Part shown: positions 53,084 through 60,968 of the stretch, in pieces | How the letters are laid out: each line of letters begins with the position of its first letter | Position numbering within the stretch: the stretch's first letter is position 1 | Assembly: GCA_046349955.1 (NCBI GenBank) | Contig: JAXMBI010000009.1 | Location: forward strand, 147,443-211,442 | From: Pirellulales bacterium | GTDB lineage: Bacteria > Planctomycetota > Planctomycetia > Pirellulales > JBGAPH01 | Reading direction: 5' to 3' | Length of the DNA: 64,000 nucleotides | The notes under the pieces: model-generated | Seen by the model: the letters and a program-made list of their open reading frames with translations, nothing else | Databases searched by the model: none | Told to the model about the DNA's origin: nothing | Position numbers and translations under genes: made by a program

Positions 53084-53339
53084 GGCGAACGTGAGAGGCG
53101 TGGGGTGCAGGATGCGAAGGGAATCGCTCGGGCCGCGGAGGAGGCGCGGCGGAGCGAGGGGCTGGGCGTGGGGAATCCCCAGGCCGCCTGCTGTTTTAGG
53201 GAACGGCGGCCATTGTCGTCAACGAAATGCTGGCCGCTGTCGTGCTTTGCGGTCCCAGCCTGGGCGCAGCCCGGCCGTGCCCGTGATAGAATCAGAGCGG
53301 TCGCTGCCAGTTGCATCCCGCCTGCACGCCGCTCCACCC

Positions 53340-54350
53340 ATGCCTGCTGATTCGATCACCGTGTCGGCCCCCAGTCGGCTGCATTTCGGCCTGCTGGCCT
53401 TCGGCGGCGGGCAGCCTCGGCAATTTGGGGGCGCCGGCGTGATGGTCCGCCAGCCGGGGCTCGTGCTCCGCATCTCCGCCGCCCCGCAACTCGCCGCGAG
53501 CGGGCCGCTGGCCGAACGTTCGCTAGGCTTCGCGCGTCGGTTTGGAGAGTCGCAACTTGGCGGAGCGCTCCCCGCGTGTCGCATCGAGATCCTGGCTGCC
53601 CCGCCTGAGCACGTCGGTCTGGGGCTGGGCACGCAGCTTGGTCTGTCGGTGGCGGCGGGGCTTGCCGCCTGGTGCGGCCTCGAACGGCTGTCGCCGAGCG
53701 AGCTGGCGGCCAGCGTGGGCCGCGGCCGGCGATCGGCCGTCGGCGTGTATGGCTTTTGTCATGGCGGGCTGATCGTCGAGGCGGGTCGGCTGCCGACCGA
53801 AGCGCTCTCGCCGCTCGTGGCCCGCATCGTGCTGCCGGCCGCCTGGCGGTTCTTGCTCGTCCGTCCGGCCGACCCGGCGGGGCTTTCCGGCTCGGCGGAA
53901 GAGCAGGCCTTCGAAGCGTTGCCGCCCGTGCCCGCCGCAGTCACTGCCCAGCTTTGCCAAGAACTGCTGCAAGAGCTCATGCCGGCCGCTCGGGGCGGCG
54001 ATTTCAAGGCCTTCAGCGCCAGCCTGCGCCGCTATGGCTACGAGGCGGGCTGCTGTTTCGCCGCGCGTCAGGGGGGCGCCTATGCGACGCCTCGGCTGGC
54101 GCGGCTAGCAAAACGCATCCGCGAGTTGGGCGTGGAAGGGGTCGGCCAGAGCTCATGGGGACCCACTTTGTTCGCCGTGCTGCCCGGAGCAGCGGAAGCC
54201 AACGAGCTCGCCGCTGCCCTGGCGGCGGAGGACGGGTCGCTCGAAACCCAGGTCGTCGAACCGGCCGCCACCGGCGCAGTGGTGGAAGCTGAGCCCGCCG
54301 GGCAGGTCGACAGTCTTTCCCGCCGGCGGCCTCAGCCGGCGCCCCGTTAG
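53340..54350 (+). CDS. Beta-ribofuranosylaminobenzene 5'-phosphate (beta-RFAP) synthase-like, GHMP-kinase fold (methanopterin biosynthesis)
   Basis: ATG at 53340. N-terminus ITVSAPSRLHFGLLAFGG...QFGGAGVMV, followed by the GHMP motif HVGLGLGTQLGLSVAAGL. The call rests on remembered family signatures. Confidence 0.6.
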   Translation: MPADSITVSAPSRLHFGLLAFGGGQPRQFGGAGVMVRQPGLVLRISAAPQLAASGPLAERSLGFARRFGESQLGGALPACRIEILAAPPEHVGLGLGTQLGLSVAAGLAAWCGLERLSPSELAASVGRGRRSAVGVYGFCHGGLIVEAGRLPTEALSPLVARIVLPAAWRFLLVRPADPAGLSGSAEEQAFEALPPVPAAVTAQLCQELLQELMPAARGGDFKAFSASLRRYGYEAGCCFAARQGGAYATPRLARLAKRIRELGVEGVGQSSWGPTLFAVLPGAAEANELAAALAAEDGSLETQVVEPAATGAVVEAEPAGQVDSLSRRRPQPAPR

Positions 54351-54651
54351 GCCGCGGAACGCATCGTCGTTGGTCTTGGAAGCGCGAAGGCTTTCGGGGA
54401 GAGCGAGGGGTTGGGACCTCCTTGACTGTGTCGCCGTCCCTCACCCCCGGCCCCTCTCCCACAGGAGAGGGGAGAACTCGGCCGCCTCGGTTTTTTTCTG
54501 GCCCCACCGGCCCGAATGCTCGACCTCGGCGTTGAAAAGGGTAGGCACACTACCACGTGGCATTCGTAGTAGGCCTGTTTCGCCCGTCGGCAACTTTGGC
54601 GAGATTGTCGGCGGGCGTTTTCGCGCGCTGTCAGGCTGCGATTCTCGCGAT

Positions 54652-56193
54652 TTACAGCACCGGCCCGATGTTCCAGGGGACGAACTCGGCGGCCCCCACC
54701 CCCAGCCGTTCGCTCTTGGTCCGCTCGCCGCTGGCCACGGCCAAGATCCGCTCGAAGATCTGTCGGCCGATTTCTTCGACGCTCGTGCCGGCCAGGATCA
54801 TGCCGGCGTTGAGGTCCATGTCGGCTTCCATCCGCTCGTACATCGGCGTGTTCGTGGCGATCTTGAGCGAGGGCGTCGGCTGGCAGCCGAAGCAACTGCC
54901 GCGCCCCGTGGTGAACACCACCACGTTGGCGCCGCCGGCCACGATGCCGGTGACGCTGACCGGGTCGAACCCCGGCGTGTCCATCACCACGAGCCCCTTG
55001 GCGGTGATCGGCTCGGCGTATTCGTACACCGCCTCGAGCGCCGTGGCGCCCCCTTTGGTCACCGCGCCCAGCGACTTTTCGTAGATCGTCGTTAGCCCGC
55101 CTTCTTTGTTGCCGGGCGACGGGTTGTTGTCGAGCTGCGCGCCGTACATGCCGGTGTAGCGCTCCCACCAGCGGATGCGGTCGATCAGCTTCTGCGCCAC
55201 TTCGGGCGAGCGAGCGCGCCGGGTGAGGAGTTGCTCCGCGCCATAGATCTCGGGCGTTTCGGCGAGCACGCTCGTGCCGCCGGCGGCCACCAAGAGATCG
55301 CTGGCGACGCCGAGCGCCGGGTTGGCCGTAATGCCGGAGTTTCCGTCGGAGCCGCCGCAGTTCGTGCCGAGCACGATCTGACTGGCGGGAAACGCTTCCC
55401 GGCCTACGTCGTTCACGCGCGGCAGCATTTCAGCGACTGCGCGAACGACCGCGTCGACCGTGGCCTGCGTGCCTCCCAGGTCCTGCATGCTGAAGAGCGG
55501 GGGCCGCTCGGGCGCTCCGCCGAGGTTGAGTTGCACCAGCCCCTCGTTCTGCAGCAAGTTGCCCAGCGTGGCGGTTTCGCACCCCAGGCCCACGAGCACG
55601 TAGGCCCCGACGTTCGGGTGCCGCGCGACGCCTGCCAGCGCGCGGTTGAGCAGCTTGTGGTTCTCGCCGCCGTATTGCAGCCCGCAGCCGCCGCCGTGGG
55701 TGATGGGAAGCACGCCGTCGATGTTGGGAAAGTCGCGGAGCGCCGCCTTGTCGAACCGCTGCGCCACGAAGTGGGCCACCGAGGCCGAGCAATTCACATT
55801 CGAGATGATCGCCACGTAGTTCCGCGTGCCCACCTTGCCGCCAGGGCGCCGGTAGCCTTGGAACGTGCGGTCGGCGAGCGGCGCGGGACTCGGCGGAATC
55901 GCCGAGCAGGGGGCGTAGTCGCGCTCGAAGGCCTCGGCCCCCAGATTGTGAACGTGGACCCACTGCCCCGGCTCGATGGGGACAGTGGCAAAGCCGATCG
56001 TCTGGCCATACTTGGTGACCGGCTGGCCGGCGGCGACCCCGCGCAGGCTGAGTTTATGCCCCTGCCGGACCGGCTCGTTCAAGCGAACCGCGTGGCCGCC
56101 GATCGACACGGTCGACCCGGCTTCGAGATCGCGGGCAGCAACGGCCACGTTGTCGTCAGAATGAAGCAGAATCGCGTCGGTGCGGGTGGGCAT
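54652..56193 (-). CDS. UxaA-family sugar-acid dehydratase (altronate/galactarate dehydratase-like)
   Basis: N-terminal SAF domain (ILLHSDDNVAVAARDLEAGSTV...GHKLSL...PVTKYGQTIGFA...GQWVHVHNL) and a C-terminal UxaA domain (THGGGCG, TTGRGS). ATG at 56193. Confidence 0.85.
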   Translation of the reverse strand: MPTRTDAILLHSDDNVAVAARDLEAGSTVSIGGHAVRLNEPVRQGHKLSLRGVAAGQPVTKYGQTIGFATVPIEPGQWVHVHNLGAEAFERDYAPCSAIPPSPAPLADRTFQGYRRPGGKVGTRNYVAIISNVNCSASVAHFVAQRFDKAALRDFPNIDGVLPITHGGGCGLQYGGENHKLLNRALAGVARHPNVGAYVLVGLGCETATLGNLLQNEGLVQLNLGGAPERPPLFSMQDLGGTQATVDAVVRAVAEMLPRVNDVGREAFPASQIVLGTNCGGSDGNSGITANPALGVASDLLVAAGGTSVLAETPEIYGAEQLLTRRARSPEVAQKLIDRIRWWERYTGMYGAQLDNNPSPGNKEGGLTTIYEKSLGAVTKGGATALEAVYEYAEPITAKGLVVMDTPGFDPVSVTGIVAGGANVVVFTTGRGSCFGCQPTPSLKIATNTPMYERMEADMDLNAGMILAGTSVEEIGRQIFERILAVASGERTKSERLGVGAAEFVPWNIGPVL

Positions 56194-56364
56194 GCGGCTG
56201 GCGTGGGCGGGCGACGTGAGCGGGGGATGCGAATACACCCAGCTTACCGGATGCACCCCCGCATGTCGCCATGAGCCTCCCGTCCATGGACGGGGGCTGG
56301 CGCCGCGTCACAGTTCCGAGTTCGGTTTGCCCTCGGATACTAAGCCCGCGGCGCGAGCAAGGGA

Positions 56365-56516
56365 GAGCCACGCGTCCCTGGTCAAGTCTCGCGGACCCCT
56401 GTACGGGCCGGGGAGCATTTTCAGCCAGCGCGCCAGCGGACGCTCCCGTCCCTTGCTTGCGCTTCTGTGGCACAGCCTGTGGCCTGCCCCCTCGTGGCAC
56501 AGGCTTCCAGCCTGTG
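56365..56516. repeat. REP-type repeat cluster at the left edge of the RM-like island
   Basis: Copy 2 of the 70-bp repeat lies at 56365-56434. GTGGCACAGGCTTCCAGCCTGTG at 56494-56516 is the reverse complement of CACAGGCTGGAAGCCTGTGCCAC at 61763-61785 and 62229-62251. Confidence 0.8.
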
Positions 56517-56518
56517 TC

Positions 56519-56817
56519 CTACACCCCAAACACCTCGAGCACTTCATCCCCATAGTGGTTGATCACCTTGATAGCAATCTTTCCCCCCTCCGGCCGCCCA
56601 AACGGCCGGCTCGTCGTGCTGCACAGCGTTGCCCACGCCGCCTCATCAATCTCCGCCCGCAGCGCCCGCTTGAGTTTCTCCTACGGCTCGTCCGCCCCGG
56701 TAAAGTACGCCTGCCGCACGAAAAAGCTCTCACCGTTGTAGTCGGTGTCGATGAACCAACAGGCAATGTCGTCGGCCGAATGACTGCGGATCGCCCCGGT
56801 CGTCGCACAAATGCGAG
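56519..56817 (-). pseudogene. Relic: C-terminal ~98 codons of an N4/N6 DNA methyltransferase, with an internal stop
   Basis: Hand translation of the minus strand gives ...TGAIRSHSADDIACWFIDTDYNGESFFVRQAYFTGADEP*EKLKRALRAEIDEAAWATLCSTTSRPFGRPEGGKIAIKVINHYGDEVLEVFGV*. There is a TAG at 56681-56683 and a terminal stop at 56519-56521. This matches the remembered conserved C-terminus of PF01555-type MTases (WF.DTDY.G.SFF.RQAYF...AW..L.S..S.PF....G.IAVKVIN..G.EV). No N-terminal part is present. Confidence 0.7.
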
Positions 56818-59349
56818 CTATTCCCTCGCCACGACCGTGTCGTACAGCCCGATTTGGCTTAACCCAGGGTGGCTGTCGATGCCGGTGTACCTGAGCGAGG
56901 CGTCTTCGTACCGCCGGAAGGCAAACACCGCCTGGTTCATGTGCTCGGTATTGAAAACCCTCAATCGCACGAGCAGATGAAAGTCCTTCACCGTCAGACC
57001 GGTGACCGTGCGAAACAGCTTCGGCTCGAGCTTGGTGATCACATCCTGCAGCGTGTTCTCGCGGAAGTCCGTCAGATACATGAAGGCAGGAATTCGAGTA
57101 GCAAACTTGATCAGCTTTTCCTGAACCAGCTTGCGTTTCGACTTGTACTCCTTTTCCTCCTCGGTGAGCTGCTTCTTCTGCTTGGCCGTCAGCTCTTTAT
57201 CCTTGGCCTTGTTCTTGAGCCCCTTGACGCTCTCGCTCTTGTTGATGATCGTCTCGAGGATGTTGTCCCCCAGCGACCGCCAGCCTTCGATTCGCTCGAC
57301 GGCCTCCATCGCCTCCTTGTTGTCCATGATGCGGCGGAGCGTATCGTTGTCGACGTTCACGAGCCGCGCACTCTCCCACTTGCGCGCAAGCAGCGTGGCC
57401 GATGTCCCTGATATCGCGAAGTCGAGAATGCTCCCCGCGTCGATCTGGTGCATGTTGGCGCCATCGTAGGCCAACACCGGCAGAAACGACACGAGGTCCT
57501 TCACCGCGTTCTCCGGATTGGCCTCGTTGGGCGCCAGGCCGATCCCGTATTCCGAGAGCTGCCGCAGCGCACGCGTGGGCGCAAAGTCGAACACGAAACA
57601 GGTCGGCTTGAAGACCTCCTCCTCATGCGGGTTGTCACCGTTTGGGTTCTTGACCGACCACGGCGATTGCACGCGAAACGCGGCCTGAATGTAGGTCTCC
57701 GGCGACTTGAGGTTCCGCAGCATCAGCATCGACGACCACTGCGGCACGGTGACGCCGGTCGTGAGCTTTCCGCAAGAGAGCGTGATCGTCTTGGTGTCGA
57801 ACCCGTCTCCGATCGCTTTCCGCACCGGCGGTATCGCTTCGCGGCCGATGCCCGCCGCAGCGCCCGCGGCGACAACTACGTGGTAATCGCGCCAGAACGT
57901 ATTGTGCCGCTCCGCCAGCAGATTCGCCATCGCATGGCAGGCGGCGACGTTGGGCAAAAACCAAAACGAGTGCTGCAAGTAGGGCAGCAGATGCACATCC
58001 GAGTAGGGAAAAGGCGGACGCGTCCCCGTTTTCAGTTGCTCCGCCGCTTTGAGCGTGTGCCCGCCACGAATGATGTCGAGCCACTTTTGCACATCGCTCT
58101 TGTGCTTGAACTGCGCTTGGCGGCCGGCGCCCGTGGCCTCGAAGAAGGCGTTCAGGTCGAACTCATCGAACTCCCCGCCGCTCGCAATGGCCAGCAGCTC
58201 CTCCGGCATCTGATACGTCGCCAGGCATAGCTGCGGCAGCGCGCCATACGGGTTCCACTTGCGCGGGTTCTTGGCCGCAAACTCCTGCTTGGCTCGCTGC
58301 TCGTCGGTATAAGTCCAGTTGAAGATCTGCTCTTCGATGAACTCTCCTGTGGCCAGGGCCCTGAAGGGCGTCCCGGAGAGATAGAGATAGGCCTTGGTGG
58401 TGATCGGCAAGAACTCCGCTTCCCGCTCCGAAAGCTCCTCCAGGTCCTCGTTCACCTGCTCGAGCCCGCCGCCGTATTCGAGCTTGGCCTCCTGCTTGGC
58501 ATCGGCCTCTTCCTCGCCCTCGAAAAGCTCCTTCGCGGTGTCTCGCCACGCGCCGAAGTGGTACTCGTCGAAGACCACGAGGTCCCAATTCACCGTGTGC
58601 AGCCATTCGTTCTTGGCCTTGATGTTTTTTGCGGCATCGCGGCCAAGCAGGTCCTGGAACGACCCAAAATAGACAAGTGGCTGCTTCCCCTTGAGTGCGC
58701 TAGGATCGGAGTTTCCGGAAACGTACCGCCATCCGTCGAAATCGGCATGCGACTCGAGATCGGTCTGCCAGGCTTCGCCGACGGCGGGCTTGAACGTCAC
58801 CACGAGCACGCGCTTCGCGCCCAGCTTCTTGGCAAGCTGATAGGCAGTAAACGTTTTGCCGAACCGCATCTTCGCGTTCCAGAGGAAGCGCGGCACCGCC
58901 CGCCGATCTTCCTTCCAGACCGACGCGAAATAAGCATGCGTCTTCTCCACGGCCTCGGCCTGCTCCCGCCGCATCGCGAACGTCGCGTCGTGCGTGCCGG
59001 TGAACGGCTGGCCGGTGCGCAGCTCGGTGAGCACGGTCATGATGTCCGGCACCGAGCAGCGCATCCACTCCCGCTCGACTCGCTCGAACTTCTTGGCCGC
59101 CAAGGCTGCCCGCACTTCGTTGTCGGTGAAGGTCGTGCCGTCGTCGCGGGCGGCGGATTCATCGAGCTCGATCTTGAAGTTCTTGATCGCGGCGGTCCCG
59201 AGCTGCTCTGCGACACGCCGCTTCACGTCGCGAGTAGTCTGCCCCACCTTGAGCAGCCCCTCGTGCGCCGCGTCGCCAATCGAATACGCGTAGATCCGCG
59301 GCCGAGCTTCGGGCTTCGGCGCGAGCACCTCTTCGATGGACTTATTCAA
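56818..59349 (-). CDS. SF2 helicase/translocase with N-terminal GIY-YIG/T5orf172-like domain (putative restriction subunit)
   Basis: 843 aa. Residues ~17-110 read RIYAYSIGDAAHEGLLKVGQTTRDVKRRVAEQL...EREWMRCSV (T5orf172-like). Helicase motifs: I NAKMRFGKTFTA, II LVVFDEYHFG, III YLYLSGTPFRA, V-VI LSCGKLTTGVTVPQW and YIQAAFRVQS. The track start is TTG, overlapping the MTase stop (TTGA); GTG eight codons downstream is an alternative. Confidence 0.85.
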   Translation of the reverse strand: MNKSIEEVLAPKPEARPRIYAYSIGDAAHEGLLKVGQTTRDVKRRVAEQLGTAAIKNFKIELDESAARDDGTTFTDNEVRAALAAKKFERVEREWMRCSVPDIMTVLTELRTGQPFTGTHDATFAMRREQAEAVEKTHAYFASVWKEDRRAVPRFLWNAKMRFGKTFTAYQLAKKLGAKRVLVVTFKPAVGEAWQTDLESHADFDGWRYVSGNSDPSALKGKQPLVYFGSFQDLLGRDAAKNIKAKNEWLHTVNWDLVVFDEYHFGAWRDTAKELFEGEEEADAKQEAKLEYGGGLEQVNEDLEELSEREAEFLPITTKAYLYLSGTPFRALATGEFIEEQIFNWTYTDEQRAKQEFAAKNPRKWNPYGALPQLCLATYQMPEELLAIASGGEFDEFDLNAFFEATGAGRQAQFKHKSDVQKWLDIIRGGHTLKAAEQLKTGTRPPFPYSDVHLLPYLQHSFWFLPNVAACHAMANLLAERHNTFWRDYHVVVAAGAAAGIGREAIPPVRKAIGDGFDTKTITLSCGKLTTGVTVPQWSSMLMLRNLKSPETYIQAAFRVQSPWSVKNPNGDNPHEEEVFKPTCFVFDFAPTRALRQLSEYGIGLAPNEANPENAVKDLVSFLPVLAYDGANMHQIDAGSILDFAISGTSATLLARKWESARLVNVDNDTLRRIMDNKEAMEAVERIEGWRSLGDNILETIINKSESVKGLKNKAKDKELTAKQKKQLTEEEKEYKSKRKLVQEKLIKFATRIPAFMYLTDFRENTLQDVITKLEPKLFRTVTGLTVKDFHLLVRLRVFNTEHMNQAVFAFRRYEDASLRYTGIDSHPGLSQIGLYDTVVARE

Positions 59350-60968
59350 GCCTCAGCGCCTCCGCCAACGTCCATCGGACGGACGACCTTTTCGATGAAC
59401 GCAATCTCACTCGCAGTAATGTTGTACTTGGCGTAGAGCGCTTCATCCGTCCACTGCCTCGTCCAGCTTTGCTTCGGCACAAACGAAAAGACCTTGCGGG
59501 TGGTGTGCTGAGATGGCTTGTGCAGAAGGATCAGGAGACGCGTCAAGCGGCACGACAGGTACGACAGAACACTCTCTGCATGCTTCTTTGAGCCGAGCGG
59601 GCCAATACAGAGATAGGTCTCCGAAGAGATGGTTCCCGGTTCTCCGATGAACGGCGTGCTGAGAATCCTGTGCGGATAAGTATCCTTGTTACCCGTTCCG
59701 GGAGCGGCATACCCCATGAAGACTTTCCACTTGTCGATCAGGCGCGCTCCGGTCGAAAGTGCGCTTCTAGCGGTGTATCCCGTGCCGCCGTTCTGATAGA
59801 CCAGCACGTCATCAGCGTGCTTAGCAGCCTTGCCCTGAAAGGTCGTCTCCAGGCCGAAGGGTTTTCTGGAGCTAACCAGTTGGTCGAATCGCTTGCTCTC
59901 GGGCAACGACAGCGAATCACTTTGCTCAGTCTCGACAGCCACGACCTTCTTCAGGATCGACAGCCCCTCGTTGAAGCGAATGAACACATCCACGCCGTTC
60001 TCGAGCAGCGGACGCGTCGCCGTTGACGGCGCCTCGGTTTTGAAATGAGTAGCGACTCGGCACAGCCCCCGGTGGTCTCGATCCCAGAGGAAATAGCACA
60101 CTCCTCCCTTGAGCCCGACTCCTGGAAACACGTCGGCAGCGCTGAGAAAATCGTCGATCGAACGCACGCGGTCGTCGCTAAGCATCGACTCCCGAAATTC
60201 ATCGAGTCCCTTCCCGCCCGCAAACCAGCGGGAAGGAATCACCATCGTGAGGAAGCGCGCATCGAGCGCCTTGGCCTGCTCCACGAACTTGTGGTAAATC
60301 GGCGCCGCGCTCGTGCCATAGCCGCCATCGTCCAACTGGTAGGGCGGGTTTCCGATGATGACATCGAACTGCATTTTCTCTCCAAACAGCTCGGCGATGC
60401 GAGTCGTTATGTCGTTCGTGTGAATGAACACATACGCGTGGGTTTCGAAATCTTCGCCCCGGTCGAGACTACTACTACTCGCGCCGCAATACTCGCACTT
60501 GCCATCGACCCAAGTGTGCTGGGTTGGAGCGAACCAAATGTTCCCATCTTCCGTGTCGAACGACTTGGCGATCGAGTGCGGTCCGTTGGCGTGCTTCGAG
60601 CAATACACGCTCCGCCGCGCCAGCATGCCCGTCAACTGCGTGATGCCTATGCCGAACACCTGCTTCGTGACGATGTGATCGACGCGCTGCTCTCGGTTCG
60701 GAATCTGGTCGACGAGTCCCTCGTTCAGGCGGCGCGTGATCTCGCGCAGAAACACTCCTGATTTGGTGCAGGGATCGAGAAATCGAACCGTCTTGTCCGC
60801 CCACAAGTTCGCGCCGCCGTTCCCGCTCGCCCAGGCCTGGGCGAGCGTGTCGAGCATCCGGTTCGCGAACTCAGGCGGCGTGAACACCTCGTCGTTCGAA
60901 AGGTTCGAGATGCACGTCAAGATGTCCGGATTGCGGCCACGCAGCCTGAAGCCCGGCGGATCGCTCAT
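59346..60968 (-). CDS. Eco57I-type gamma-class N6-adenine DNA methyltransferase with C-terminal specificity-like domain
   Basis: 540 aa. Motif X NDEVFTPPEFA, degenerate motif I RFLDPCTKSGVFLREI, motif IV FDVIIGNPPYQ, a Cys cluster (KCEYCG), and then ~280 aa resembling TaqI/Eco57I-type TRDs (VFPGVGLKGGVCYFLWDR). ATGA overlap with the upstream gene. Confidence 0.85.
   Translation of the reverse strand: MSDPPGFRLRGRNPDILTCISNLSNDEVFTPPEFANRMLDTLAQAWASGNGGANLWADKTVRFLDPCTKSGVFLREITRRLNEGLVDQIPNREQRVDHIVTKQVFGIGITQLTGMLARRSVYCSKHANGPHSIAKSFDTEDGNIWFAPTQHTWVDGKCEYCGASSSSLDRGEDFETHAYVFIHTNDITTRIAELFGEKMQFDVIIGNPPYQLDDGGYGTSAAPIYHKFVEQAKALDARFLTMVIPSRWFAGGKGLDEFRESMLSDDRVRSIDDFLSAADVFPGVGLKGGVCYFLWDRDHRGLCRVATHFKTEAPSTATRPLLENGVDVFIRFNEGLSILKKVVAVETEQSDSLSLPESKRFDQLVSSRKPFGLETTFQGKAAKHADDVLVYQNGGTGYTARSALSTGARLIDKWKVFMGYAAPGTGNKDTYPHRILSTPFIGEPGTISSETYLCIGPLGSKKHAESVLSYLSCRLTRLLILLHKPSQHTTRKVFSFVPKQSWTRQWTDEALYAKYNITASEIAFIEKVVRPMDVGGGAEA

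Noticed and set aside
54440-54506. Terminator after the beta-RFAP synthase gene
   Set aside because: The hairpin CCCCTCTCC-CACAG-GAGAGGGG is good, but the T7 run lies about 18 nt downstream of it, not adjacent. It is more likely another REP-like stem-loop, so I did not call it as a feature.
56180-56980. 266-aa plus-strand ORF across the REP cluster, the MTase relic and the helicase 3' end
   Set aside because: It crosses three unrelated sequence classes, has an Arg/Pro/Leu-rich composition, and lies antisense to a recognisable MTase C-terminus and to the helicase gene.
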